A DNA stretch of 64,000 nt, taken from NCBI GenBank assembly GCA_010015585.1, contig ML975157.1; one strand, 5' to 3'. This document shows positions 46,748 to 59,644 of the stretch, piece by piece. Under the pieces are notes generated by a model. It made no database searches. It was given only the letters and a program-made list of their open reading frames with translations, and was not told the origin of the DNA. How positions within the stretch are numbered: position 1 is the first letter of the stretch; each line of letters opens with the position of its first letter. The DNA comes from Eremomyces bilateralis CBS 781.70. Taxonomy: Eukaryota. Both the position numbers and the translations under genes were made by a program.

Positions 46748-48807
46748 ATGCCCGGGTGGACCAACGACTCCGAGAAAAGAGACGGGGACGAGGAGGAGGA
46801 TGAAGAGGTGGATGATTCGGGATACAAAGCCGTCAAAGACGCCGTCATCTTCGCGATAGATGTCAGTCCGTCCATGCTGAAGAAACCACCGAATTCCAGC
46901 GACCGGAAAGCCGACCGGGATACCGCAGCGTCCGCCGCTCTGAAATGCGCGTACCAGCTGATGCAGCAGCGGATCATATCCCATCCGCATGATATGATGG
47001 GCGTGCTGCTGTTTGGCACCGAAGAATCCCGTTTCACGGAAACTGTAGATTCCGGGTCCGCCAGCACCCTGAACTACCCTCATTGCTATGTTTTGACCGA
47101 TCTGGATGTCCCGGCTGCGGCAGATGTGAAGAAGCTTAAAAGCCTGGTTGAGGACGAGGAAGAGGCGGAGAAATTTCTGAAGCCATCCTCGGAGCCTGTT
47201 TCTATGTCCACTGTGCTCTTTTGCTCTAATAATCTATTTACAACCAAAGCCGCGAACTTCGCGTCGAGGCGGTTATTCCTAGTAACGGATAACGACGATC
47301 CACATCTGAACGACAAGGCACTTCGTGCGTCCGCTGCGGTCCGAGCGAAGGACCTCTACGACCTTGGGGTGGTGATTGAGCTATTCCCCATATCCCGGGG
47401 GGACCATACGTTCGACCGTACCAAGTTTTACGATGTATTCATCCCGTAAGCCCGATCTGAACCTGTTGCTGACTCACATAGGACATCGTATATCGCCCAG
47501 TTTCTGCAGATCCGGAAGCACCTGCGCCCATTGCTGGCGAATCGAGGGTTTCTGTCAGTGGAGACGGGATCACATTGTTGCAGTCCCTTCTCTCCAATAT
47601 CAACTCCAAAGCAGCACCGAGACGCGCCCAATTTACCATACCTCTCGAACTGGGGCCTGGGCTCCGGATTGGAGTGAAAGGATTCACATTAATCAAACGT
47701 CAAGAGCCGGTTCGATCATGCTACATTTGGTTGAGCGGTGAGAAGCCGCAAATCGTCACGTCGTCTACTACGAAGATTGCAGAAGATACGGCACGTGCTG
47801 TTGATAAAAGTGAGATCCGGAAAGGTTTCCGGTTTGGTGGCGAGGTTGTGTCTTTTACGCCCGAGGAGCTGGCTGCGCTCAAGAACTTTGGCGACCCAAT
47901 CATCCGAATCATCGGCTTCAAATCGCTCGACAGTCTTCCGTTCTGGGCGATCACGCGCGCCCCGTATTTCCTCTACCCGACTGAAGAAGATTTTATCGGC
48001 TCCACTCGAGTCTTCTCCGCGTTGCACCAGAAGCTCGCCAGGGACAAGAAATTCGGTCTCGCTTGGTTCATCCCCATACGAAACTCGCATCCTCGACTTG
48101 CGGCGATCATCGCTGGAGAAGAACGGCTAGATGAAGATGGGGAGCAGGTCATGCCCCCTGGCCTCTGGGCAGTGCCTCTCCCATTCGCCGATGACATCCG
48201 GCAAAATCCAGACACGCATCTCATCCGCGCGCCCAACAAACTGATTGATCTCATGCGAGATGTGATTCGACAACTTCAGCTTCCGGGCGCAAAGTATGAC
48301 CAGAAGAAGTACCCCAACCCATCGCTTCAGTGGTTTTACAAGATCCTCCAATGCCTCGCACTCGACGAAGACATCCCTGAAACCCCGGAAGACAAAACCA
48401 TCCCGAAATACAAGCAGATCAACAAACGAGCAGGGGACTACGTTCTGGAATGGGGGAGAGAGCTGGAGATACAGTATCAAGGATGGATGGCAAGTCAGGG
48501 CTATGGGCAGGTCAAGCCACCGGGGAAGCGAATTGCGGATCGAACCGCGGAGAAAGGACCGGCGAAGAAGATCAAGGCGGAGGACGGTGGGACGACTAGC
48601 TCTGCCATGGCGAAACATTTCCAGAAGGGAACGTTGGCGTCCGTGAGTGTCATCGCAACAGCGAGGGTGGACAACCGCTAACGTGATACTCCGCAGCTCA
48701 CCGTCGCAACCTTGAAAGAGTTCGCAGCTGAGAAAGGCATCAAAGTCTCCGGCAAGAAAGCAGATATCGTAGCCGCGGTTGAAGAATATTTCGAGACCAA
48801 GAGTTGA
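46748..48807 (+). CDS. KU70: Ku70 (NHEJ DNA end-binding subunit), 3 exons
   Basis: [10 protein letters not shown] vWA domain, [17 protein letters not shown] and YPNPSLQW motifs; SAP-like LTVATLKEF in the last exon. Confidence 0.96.
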
Positions 48808-49451
48808 TTCTAGAATACTCTAATCGCATGAACATCAGACCGCACGGACGCTTACCCAGGTTTCAAAAACATATTTTCAAGAACCCTACAACTTTGTGGC
48901 CCCAAAGTATCATCCTGGCCTCGCGCATCATGATTCGGCTTCCACCCGAACTCCCCAGCCGGCTCATGTTCTGCATTTTTTGATACAGGACCGGTTTGAG
49001 GCAGATGGCGTGCATCCGCACGTTCGGGGCCGAGGTCCTCCACCACGACCGCTTCCATCGGCGCAAGTCTCCAAAATCGGCGCTCTCAAACCATCGCGGC
49101 TCCGAATTTGGCGAACAATCAACCTCCAACCGACGCCCCGAATCGCCGATCGGTGGAGGTGGTGGGCGGGCCATGGACCTTAGGGCTTGGTGATCGACGG
49201 AAATCGTGTTTCGGCTGTCCCAGCGCCCGCGGACTCGGATCGCTGCCAGGATGATTCCGACGTGTCCAAGAATAGTGCAAGAGCCATCGTCGATCGTCGA
49301 CCGTCAATGATATATGATTAACGCCATACATGCTATACAACTTTCACATGTGACTTGATATAGTCTCAACTCAACCATTTGCTCGCGTTCATCAACTCCA
49401 ATCCACCAGCCCACTCGACTCGGGTATTCTCTCTATCCAGATCAACCAGCC

Positions 49452-51530
49452 CTACGCCACCACTACCTCCTTCTTCCCATCCTTCGCCCCAACCGCCCCC
49501 CCTCCCGTCCCATCCTCCCCCTCCTCCGCTACCGTCCCATCCGCAAACCATCCCGGCACCCCCGCCGCTGGCGCACCCCTCCCTCCCGTCACTACCGTCC
49601 CCACATAACACCCTAACAACGCACTCCACCGACACCCCCCCGCCAACACGCTCTTCAACAGCCGATACGCGCGCGCATCCGCATACGGCAGCCCGGTGCC
49701 CGGGTCGCGGAAGTGCGCGGGCGTGCCGGTGATGATGCAGGGTTCCATTGATATATGGGACGCGTCGGTGGCGGCGGCGGAGAGGGCGGTGGCAGCGGTG
49801 GCGGTGGCTTTGGGGCGTTTGGGGGGTTTGGTCGGGGGGGGGAGGGCGCGCGGGTTGGAGGGGTCGTAGGAGAGGAGTAGCTTGAGGAGGGCAAGGGTGT
49901 CGCGGGGTTCGTGTTTGGAGGGTTTGGAAGTTTTGGAGGGGGGGGTGGGAGGTGTGGGGAGGTCGGGGGTGACGACGGTAATGAGGTTGCGGGTTGCGAG
50001 AATGGCGGGTGGGGGGGGAGGGATTGGAAGCTCTTGTTTGGGTGGAGGGGATGGTAGGGTCGATGCGGAAGGCTCTTGTGGGATTTGAGCTGGCGGTTGG
50101 GAGGGAACTGGCTGTTCTTCCGTGACTTGAGGCGGTTGTAGAGATACGTCTGGCAGTCCTTCGGGAGCTTGAGGAGCAATTGGAGAAGCGCTTGACATCT
50201 GCTGCTGTACGTCCAAAGTGTTTTGATCTCGTTCGATACTCTGTGGCTGAGACATAGGTTGCGGCGGGTCTGGCTTTGGCGAATCTGGCTTTGGCGAGTC
50301 TGGTTTTGGCGAGTCTGGTTTTGGCGAGTCTGGTTTTGGCGGAGGATCGATGACCGGTTGGACAGGTCCTTGCTTATCTGGAAGTGAGGCCCAATACTCG
50401 ATCCCCTCGAGAAATTCATCGGCGGCTGTAATCTGCGTGGGGCCAGTCGCGCCGTGATCTGCCCCGGTCGTAGCTTGCTCGATATCCGTGTGGGATGGTT
50501 GTACTGGATTCTCGTCGATGTCCATAGGTCCTGCGACGACGGATCCGGATTCCAACGGATGTTGCGCAACCGGTGGAGCCGACGGTACTGTCACAGCAGT
50601 CTGCTGCTTCTTGATCTCCGCCTCCTGCTTCTTGATCTCCGCCTCCTCAATCGCCTTCACATCCCCATCTTTCCCCACATGCTTTATCTCCTCCCCCATC
50701 CATACCGCCGGCCCGCTCCAATACCTCACAAACGCCCCCTCCAACTTCCGATTCTTCATCGCTTCCAACTTCGCCGCCTGCTCCTCCATCCGCATCTTCT
50801 CCGCCTCCTCCCACCGGTTCAGACTGTTGCTGTTCTGCCGCTCCACAGCCGCCGCCTCCGCCAGGTGCTCGGCCTGCGTCATCGCTTTGGGCTTCTCCCG
50901 GTCGCGCCGCGCTTCGGCCGCTTGCATGATCGCGAGGGTGCGCAGACGGTGCTTCTCCTTTTCTTGGAGGCGTTCCTGCGTCTCGACGCGGTTCATCTGC
51001 GCGAGTTTGCGCGAGGACACGCGCTTGGGTCCGTCCGCATCCGTCGGCAGCCAGGAGACGCGCTCCGGCTTCTTCTTCGGCGGCGCGTCGGCCGCTTCAA
51101 CGGGTCCCTCGCTCGCGGGCCCCGTACCCGGCGGCATGGCGGCTTTCACCTTCTTTCGTGGCACCACCTGCTGAAACACGGTCCCCCTCTTCCGCTTTTT
51201 CCCCGTCCCCTCCGCGCGCTCCTGCTTCTTCAACTCACGCTCCCCCGCCTCCTCGTCGCCCTCGCCCTCGTCCTCGTCCTCATCGCTCGACGACTCGAGC
51301 GAGATGTCGCCTTGGTCTTCGGCCGCTTCGCCGCCGAACTCCTGGTCATCAGCCTCCTCTTGCCACATGGAATCGTACTCGGTCTGCGCGGCTTGTTCGG
51401 ACTCTTCGAGCGCGAGGAGGCGGGACATGAGGTTGCCAGCATTGGAGCGGCGCGAGCGGGAGACGACCATGGAGGGGCCGTTGTCTTCCTCCGAAGAGGA
51501 AGAGGCGGAGCGGTCGTCGTCGTCGGACAT
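49452..51530 (-). CDS. VPS72: SWR1 complex subunit Vps72/Swc2 (YL1)
   Basis: RSRRSNAGNLM, MTQAEHLAEA..ERQNSNSLNRWE and the YL1_C motif CIITGTPAHFRDPGTGLPYAD. Confidence 0.92.
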   Translation of the reverse strand: MSDDDDRSASSSSEEDNGPSMVVSRSRRSNAGNLMSRLLALEESEQAAQTEYDSMWQEEADDQEFGGEAAEDQGDISLESSSDEDEDEGEGDEEAGERELKKQERAEGTGKKRKRGTVFQQVVPRKKVKAAMPPGTGPASEGPVEAADAPPKKKPERVSWLPTDADGPKRVSSRKLAQMNRVETQERLQEKEKHRLRTLAIMQAAEARRDREKPKAMTQAEHLAEAAAVERQNSNSLNRWEEAEKMRMEEQAAKLEAMKNRKLEGAFVRYWSGPAVWMGEEIKHVGKDGDVKAIEEAEIKKQEAEIKKQQTAVTVPSAPPVAQHPLESGSVVAGPMDIDENPVQPSHTDIEQATTGADHGATGPTQITAADEFLEGIEYWASLPDKQGPVQPVIDPPPKPDSPKPDSPKPDSPKPDSPKPDPPQPMSQPQSIERDQNTLDVQQQMSSASPIAPQAPEGLPDVSLQPPQVTEEQPVPSQPPAQIPQEPSASTLPSPPPKQELPIPPPPPAILATRNLITVVTPDLPTPPTPPSKTSKPSKHEPRDTLALLKLLLSYDPSNPRALPPPTKPPKRPKATATAATALSAAATDASHISMEPCIITGTPAHFRDPGTGLPYADARAYRLLKSVLAGGCRWSALLGCYVGTVVTGGRGAPAAGVPGWFADGTVAEEGEDGTGGGAVGAKDGKKEVVVA
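50268..50340 (-). repeat. Coding 15-bp tandem repeat, about 5 copies (PKPDS)
   Basis: The plus strand reads RTCTGGYTTTGGCGA repeated. Confidence 0.9.
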
Positions 51531-51738
51531 GGTGAATGGTGGATGTGGAGGGAATGGAGTTGTTGTGTTGGAGAATTATCGCTGAAGCGGTTGCATTTTT
51601 AGTTCGAGGTTGTTGACGTCCTCGGAAATGGCTCGAGGGTGACGTGGATCCGAAATGGATTGAAACGTGGATGAGTTGATCGAAGGCGAAGGGGAGCTTG
51701 CCATCTCCAAGTCGTTCAAATGCGTCCGTTGGACGCGG

Positions 51739-51780
51739 ACTGGAACTGGAACTGGAACTGGAACTGGAACTGGAACTGGA
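51739..51780. repeat. (ACTGGA)7 hexanucleotide microsatellite upstream of VPS72
   Basis: Perfect repeat read directly from the sequence. Confidence 0.92.
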
Positions 51781-53835
51781 GCGATATTGAGGCGCCGAGG
51801 AATCAAGGCATCAAGGCACCAAGGCGTAAATAGCCACGCCACCTCTGCAGCTCAGCCAGCTCTGCGCCTCTGCTAGATCCCCTCTGCACGTGATATTCTA
51901 GAATCTACACTAGACCGTTTCAGAGTGGCTGAAACATGAAACACGGCTCTTGCTCCCCAGTTTCCATCTCTCCAGCAGTCCAACTCGTTTATGATTCATC
52001 AGTTCATGGCTCATGCTCTTCCATGTCCACCAGGTTTCCGCGGTTCGACTGGACCATGATCAGTACCGATCGCGGGGGAATGCATCCTGAATTCCCAATA
52101 TTCCTGGGTAATTGGGCCGTGTCCTCCATTTCGATGTTCATGCAAGGGACATATCACATATCTGACATCTACGATATGCGCCCACTAAGTCCAGTCTAAT
52201 ATTGATGGCACGTCATCTGGTCTCCGCCAAAAACTCAAGATCCACACATATTAGACAATCCTAAATCATTGCACGCTTGACAGAGACAGAGTTGACAGTT
52301 GACGCTAACTACGGAGGTCGGAGTCCTCAAGTTCCAACGCATTGAATGGAGGACCACTAGCAATCCAGGATATTCTCCGAAACACCGGCTAAATCCCGCC
52401 GGGGCCGCCTAGCTCGGGGTTGTCAGCATGGCGCGGGAAAGCCACATCGTCAAGTTTCAACCTTCTTTGTCACGGCGCGAATCACATTGATTGCCTTCGC
52501 GTTGACATGCAGGCCATCATTCGAGATTACCATAAGCGAGGCACGTCGGTGAACCACACAGCCTGGATCAGCATCGTCGATGGCTCGGTAATGATGCCGA
52601 ATCCAGGGAGGAGTGCAGGTCCCTGTCCGACGTGAACAGCAGACCCCGCTGCGTGCGCCGGATTGATTGAGGCAACTCTCAGCTTTGGGTCGCGAGGTTG
52701 GTCCAGCGTAAAAATTTATCTGGGAGGGAAGTCATGGAGTGTGTTTCCACCAGTCGTAAGGATCCCGGGCATTTTAACTTTGGCTAGTGGTACTACAGAG
52801 CAAATGGCGGAATAATTGTTCTCTAGACATCAGAGGATCGGAATGGGAGATCGGAATATCGACTATCCTGTCCGTCATAAAACTCGATATATGCGGCAAT
52901 CAAGCGCTCTGGTTTCAAATCAAGCAGAACATTAGCAACCCCGTCACATCAAAAGCGGGGCAATCTACATTCTCTCGACTGTAAACCGTTTCTTAATGGT
53001 TTAGATCCCACAATATTTCCGAAGTGCTGAGACTGGTCACTTGACGACCGACGACTGACGAGGCTGGGAGGAACCCCTGGATGGTTTATACGGAAGGAGT
53101 GAAGCGCCAGTGTTTGAGAGTAAATAGGGGGTGCATCATCCACGCCCAACGAGCTCGTAGCACCGGCACCACCCAGGCACGCATGAAAGCTGGGCGCCGA
53201 CGGGTTTGTGTGACGAACCTCGACAAGCGCTGGCGAAGGGGGGCGTATGGACCAGTGGGTGATGGCGAATCTTGTCAACCAGGCCATTGGGTCAGGTACT
53301 GGATGACGGGGCAGACATGAGATATCGGAATGATGAGGGGGGTGGTTAAGTCGAGACGAGCGGAGATGGGACCTGGGATGCGCAACGTAGGTAATCTGGG
53401 CCTCAGCGATGGGGCGGAAGGGCGAAGAGGGTAGATTGAGGTCGCGGGCACTGCCCTACAAGGTGATCAGACGGGGAGATAAATATAGAGTAGGTCGTAT
53501 ATATCGAGGGTCTGGACGCGGAGTTACCTAGGCCTCGGTCGGGTCGAGGCAGTGGTGGGAAACGCCGAAGAGTTGCATGAGGGAAGTTGGTGGGTTTATA
53601 GCGGATAGATGCACGCCTTTGTCGTAGACAGATCCCATTGATGGTTAGGACTTGATGTCCCCTCGACACTGAATCAAATCGAAAAGAACTTGACACGGCG
53701 TGACGCTAGACGTCCTGGACGGCCCTGTCACACGACGTTTACGAATTCCTTCAGGGTGGATTGGGATTGCGATTGCTCGCTTTGAGAGTGAGACGGAAGT
53801 TCCTGAAAAGATCATAGACTACAGAAGCAGGGAGC

Positions 53836-53875
53836 GATCAAAAGATCAAGAGATCAAAAGATCCAGAGATCGAGA
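53836..53875. repeat. Five degenerate 8-bp units beginning GATC
   Basis: GATCAAAA GATCAAGA GATCAAAA GATCCAGA GATCGAGA. Confidence 0.75.
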
Positions 53876-54919
53876 GACGGTCCACAGATACAGCCATACA
53901 GCACAGTTCATTGAAGCTGGACTAAGGACTTTCTATTGGAGTGTTCTGCGGATCTACCAAATACGGAGTGGACAGGATCCCCGTTGCAAAACTCGCCTTT
54001 ACGCCTTTTAGCCTTTAACTTCACTACTGCACAGTTCACTTTCACTTGGACTGCTCTCTGGTGGACGACATTGACATCGACCAACTACTGCGCCATCCGT
54101 TCAACGCCAACGCTAACGCCAACGCCAACGTCTCCATCTCCATCTTCAACTCCAACTTCACCTTCATCACCATCATCCCTCTTCTCTCTCCATTCTCACA
54201 CCCCATTCCCTCTCTCTCCTCCTCCACATCTTCATTTCCCTATACTTCTTCTCCTTTTTCTCTCTTCAGACTTCAACGCTCTACATCACCGAGGCGTCCT
54301 CCTCTGTCATTCCCACCACCTTTTCAGCTTCCATTTCTTCTCCAGCTCACCCCTTGCGATCCGTCGATTCCAAGATTCACTCGACTGCTCCCTGGTAGCT
54401 ATCCGACCCATCTTCCGACCATCTCGTCGCCGCAGTCCGCCTGTACGCCATCGTTCCTGTCTCGTCTTCGACCAACGACATTCGGAGCAACGAGAACACT
54501 TCGTTTCGGCACATTGGCTGCATCCATCGCTTCGTCGTCACTCCTTTCCTGAGGCGCCCATTTCGGTTCATATCTCCCTTGCAGAACTGGTCTTCAAATA
54601 ATCCGAGCCGATTGACGCGAGATTCCGGATCGTCGATTCTCGAGTTGATCACGTTGCATCGACCGAAAACAACCCTCGAACTCCGATCCGCAAGTTTTGA
54701 CGCCCTGGCATCAACGGTCGGAAATTCGAATCCCTCGGTCCTCAATATTGCGCTTCATCGCTCGACCTGGGCATTTCCCCGCATTGCCGTTCACTCCTTT
54801 GGCCGGTTTCATTGCCATTTCCAACGTCCGTCGAGGGTCATTCCCCAGTGCGCTATTGGCGCGAGATACCACGCACCCAACGACGCCTGGCTTGAATAAG
54901 CCCGAATATATAATTCATA

Positions 54920-57900
54920 ATGGGACCATCCACTCGACCTGAACACCACCTCAACCTCAACTACCTCCCTCAGCTGTCCTCCAACAAATCGCGCTCCGGC
55001 TCGTCCACCGCTTCGACATCGCCCATCGAGCCGCCCTCGGGAGGATCGCTGCGATTCCCCATCGGTTCTGGAAGCTCACTGGGATCCGTCCCAGCGCCGA
55101 ACCGGCTGGGTTCCGGATCCCCATCTCACGAGTTCAGCGGCCGTCTTTTCCCTAAGCGGTAGGTTGTATCCACGCATTTCTGTGCCATCGACTAACCATC
55201 CCCAGCGCCCGCGAGATCCAGGCTCAAGAAGGTCTTAACCCCCAACCATGGGGTCCCCCGACCAGCGGAAACTCCACGCCCCTCCGTGAGACGATCCCCG
55301 AGTCGCCGAACGGGGAAAGCTTCCCCGATTTCAACCAACCCTTCGGCGCCGAAACCACTCCCATCGGGTCTGCACCCCAAGTAACAAAGCGAGGACGGGC
55401 GGGGACATTGCCATCACGAATCCCATCGGCCGGTAGCCTTTCGAACAGCTTCCTCTCTCAACCGAGCCTGCTTCCTCGCACGTCGCGACCCACCCCATCC
55501 ACCAGCCCGTTCCAGCCCGGATCCAGCACCCCTTCCGAACCCCTCGGGTTTTCCGCCTCGATAAACCCCAATGCGGCCAAACTCGCCCAACTGTCGCGCC
55601 TCCGTGCGGAATCCATGCCGCAGCGTGGGCTAGGCAACCCCATCGGTTCGCTGTGGGCCCCGTCCCCCTTCTCTCAATGGGGCGGTGGCCAATCCCGACT
55701 GAGGGGCAGCACGCTCGCGAGCATCCGATCCTCCGATGGCCCGGCCTCTCCGCAATCCGCGTTTTCTCGAGACTCGCTTGCGGACACAGATGTCAAGACC
55801 CTCGACTATCTCGGACTGGTGGATACCCCTCAACAAAGCCGCGCGACGCTGGCTCCTTCCGATATTGAAATGCTGCTGGAGGGCCAGCGCAACCATATCG
55901 GTCTGGGCAGCATCGGAGACAAGAACGCCAATCGGTTCCGCTCTTATTCCGTGAACGCCAAAGAAAAATACGCGGACGAGGAAGAAATGGGGGCTTATAC
56001 TCCTAGCTACGGCAGCGCCCTCAACACGCCCGATCCCAGCTCCGCTGCCGCGTTTGCAATCCACGAAGCCGTCCGCCAACACAATCTCGAAGTCCAAGCG
56101 TTCGCCAACTTCGCCAGTCAGAACCGTCCCCGTGCAAGGACCGCTGGCGTCCTAGATTCCCCGTCCTCACGGTTGATGCGCTCCTATATCCCCACTCCAT
56201 CCCGACTCGACTCGAGCATGACGGCGGCCGAGCTGGATATCTCCGAACATTCGGAGTACGCGGGCCTGGCCGAGGCCGTGCAAGGACTCCAGCTCAACAT
56301 GAAGCCGCTGGACATCCCCGGCGAGGAGCAACTCAGCGCGGAGAGCCCAACGCGCGCGCTGTGGCTGGGCAACATCCCGTCGTCCACCACGGTGTCGTCG
56401 TTGAACGTGATTTTCGGAAACTTCGGCACCATCGAGTCGGCGCGCGTCCTGACGCACAAGAACTGCGGGTTCGTCAATTTCGAGACGTTGGAGAACGCAG
56501 TCCGCGCGAAGTCGCAGCTGAACGGGAAGGAAATCTTCCCCGGTGCGGGCCCGATCCGGATCGGATATGCCAAAGCGCCGAGTACGTCGGGCACGCCTGG
56601 GAAGAATGGACTCTATCCTTCCCCGAGCCCAGATCCGTATGCGAAAGGCGAGGATTATGTTGCCGCTGACACGCTCGCTACTCAATCTTCTGGGGCTGGC
56701 GAGACGGTATCTGGCGCCCCCATCACGCCTGCGCTGGTTGACATCCGAGGCGACATTGTTAGCATCGTCAAGGACCTCGGTGCCAATGACGAGGAGCAAA
56801 TGCGCGTTGCCGCGCTCGTCGAGCATGCGATCCAGAACGATCATTACGTGAGCGAGATCCCCCCGATCCCGGAACCGAGCCACAGCCGTGTCCACGACGC
56901 CCCGCGCCTGCGCGAGATCCGCAAGCGGATCGGCAACAACGCGTGCTCCCAGGTCGAGGTGGAAGAGATTGCGCTCGCCATGCTCCCGGAGATCGCGGAA
57001 CTGGCCTCCGACTACCTGGGTAACACGGTGGTGCAGCGGCTCTTCGAGTTCTGCTCGGACAGCGTCAAGGAAGCGATGCTGCGCGAGATCGCGCCGCACC
57101 TCGCAGAGATCGGCGTGCACAAGAACGGCACCTGGGCGGCGCAGAAGATCATCGACGTGGCGCGTACATCCAACCTGATGGGCATGATCGTCGACTCGCT
57201 GCGGACTGCCAGCGTGGCGTTGTTCCTCGACCAGTTTGGGAACTATGTCATGCAGGGCTGCTTGCGTTATCAGACCCCACTGAATGACTTCATCTTCGAG
57301 GCGATGGTGAGCCGGCTGTGGGATCTAGCGCAAGGCCGGTACGGTGCGCGTGCGATGCGTGCCTGCTTGGAGAGCCACCATGCCAGCAAGGACCAGCAGC
57401 GGATGGTCGCGGCGGCCATCGCCGTTCATAGCGTGCAGCTGGCGACGAACGCGAACGGCGCGTTGCTGCTCACCTGGTTCTTGGACACCTGCACGTTCCC
57501 CCGTCGACGCACCGTCCTCGCTCCGCGCCTAGTCCCGCATCTCGTCCACCTCTGCACCCACAAGGTAGCCTATCTCACGGTCCTGAAACTCATCAACCAG
57601 CGGAACGAGCCCGACGCGCGCGACACGATCCTCCAAGCGCTGTTCTTCTCCCCCAACGACAAGGTCCTCGACGACATCCTCAGCGACCAGGCGTGCGGCG
57701 CCACCCTCATCTTCAAGGTCCTCACCACCCCGTTCTTCGACGAGAAGATCCGCGCCGACGTCGTCGCCAACGTGCGCAACGTCCTGCTGCGCATCAAGGC
57801 CCAGCCGCAACAGGGGTACAAGCGCCTCATGGACGAAGTCGGCCTGTCCACCCGCACGGGTGGCCCTGCTCGCGACGCCCCCCTCCGCGAGCCCGCCGAG

Positions 57901-58520
57901 CACACCCGCCCGGGATCCAACCATGGCGCGCACGTCAACCCGCACCCACCGGACACCCGATCCATGTACGCGCCGCCGAATGGGTACGCCCCCATGGGCC
58001 TCGAACGCACGGGCAGCATGGACTCCAACCAATTCGAAGCGACCTTCCCCCTCACCGTCAACACGATGAACGGACCAATGTACTCCAACGCCGCCAACCT
58101 CCCCCTCGCTGCCATGACCCCCCAGTCCGGCATGCCCTACCCCCCCGCCATGATGCCCAACATGTCCCACTCCCCCCGCCCAGGCCCCGGGGCGCCTTAC
58201 TACCCCACCGTCGACCTCAACGGCTACCCCACGCCCACTACCCCCATGAATCCCCACCAGTTCCGCGGCCTGTCTGGCAGCCCCGCCGGGGCACCTGGGA
58301 TGCCGATGGGGGGGAGCCCGATGCTACCGCAGACGGGATTCCCCCCGGGAGGGTATGGGGGGAATATGATAGGGAGCCCGGGGATGTATGCGGGGTATCA
58401 GATGCAGTATATGCCGGGGCAGCAGGCCCAGCAGGCGGGAGGTGCGAGGAGAGGACGGGTGAGTCGATGAATCCTATACTGTGAGTTGAGGATGGTGACT
58501 GACTGCTTCTCCAGCGCTAA
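54920..58520 (+). CDS. JSN1: Jsn1/Puf1-Puf2 family RNA-binding protein (RRM plus Pumilio repeats), 3 exons
   Basis: RRM TRALWLGNIP..KNCGFVNF; PUF repeats DYLGNTVVQ, HKNGTWAAQ, DQFGNYVMQ and GRYGARAMR; introns 55159-55205 and 58459-58514. Confidence 0.93.
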
Positions 58521-59644
58521 GTGACGGCCTTTCCCGATAGCTACTTGCATGTTTCTGGCGCGCTCGTGTACCCGCCTCTCCGCGTGATGCATGTTGCATC
58601 CACCACTGGTCCCTGCAACAGGGTGGCGTTCTGTCTCGAACTTTCTCACCTTTCCTTTCTCACGCACCTCGCCATCGTATCGGTGCCCACGGCTGTTTCC
58701 CGCCTCCGATCGCGTGGTTCCCCGTTTCGCTACCCGCGCGGGCGCCGGTTGCTCGGGCGGCGTTGACGGACGGGGCCATGGCACGGGGGGTTTCTCCTTG
58801 TCGGATTGGGTGCTTTGGGTTTCTTCGGCGATACTACAAAAGGGATTGCAAAATTCATGAAATGGGCGGAGGGCGGTGGGTGGACGACTGTACCCTTCGT
58901 TTTTTTTGTTTTTTTCTACTTTCTCATGACGGCTCCCTCGCCATCGAGGGTGCCTTTTTCCGCAACGCATCGGGCACATGTGTCCACTAGTCCGCGGTTT
59001 TTACGAGACTCTCTCGCTCTTACGAATCCGTCCGCCCCCGCCGTGGTTTCCGGGCCGCTCGTCACTTTGTTTTGTCTTCATGTAACTTCTTCATTTCCAT
59101 TCGCGACGACGACCGAACCCAATTCCATCATGGACATAACGACTTTGATCTGATGCAATGGGAGAGAGATTCCGGAACCGGTGTTGGGTTGGGATGGCGT
59201 GAGGGCTCTCAATTCATTGTGGTTTTTTGATTTCTCTCCTTCCGTAGCAAATCAAAAAAGTACGAACGATTGCACGCTGCGTGAGTGAGTGACCTGCCAA
59301 GCCGTGGACCAGATCACTCGTCAACCAAATAGTGGGACAATCGTAACAGACAAAACAAGGTATTCGAATGCGTGTAATCAATATATTTTGATCCCGATAC
59401 CAGGAGAAGAGCACCGAGTTGAACTAGCCCCGACTCCAGTATGTCCAGATGCAACTACGATACACCTATCCCCACCGCCATCGCCCCGGTGAATGAACCT
59501 TTTCATCGGTCATGACCGTATCAGAGGTAGAGAAAACCGCCTGATATCGTGTGTGCTTGGATGATCCATTCTGCGCCAACCCTGTGACCGCAGACCACCA
59601 CCACTGCAGCCACCGTCCCCATCCCCGTGCTAGAAGCGATGCGC

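Noticed and set aside
48852..49340. Short ORFs between KU70 and VPS72
   Set aside because: No motif or splice support; probably 3' UTR or intergenic sequence.
50454..51602. 382-aa plus-strand ORF and other long ORFs overlapping VPS72
   Set aside because: Antisense or alternate-frame shadows of a GC-rich, codon-biased CDS with no recognisable motifs.
53936..54601. 221-aa and 168-aa ORFs upstream of JSN1
   Set aside because: Both start at TTG and are low-complexity translations of a pyrimidine-rich tract; a 5' leader explains them better.
56167..58484. Long alternate-frame and antisense ORFs (317, 242 and 263 aa) inside JSN1
   Set aside because: Explained by high third-position GC in the real gene.
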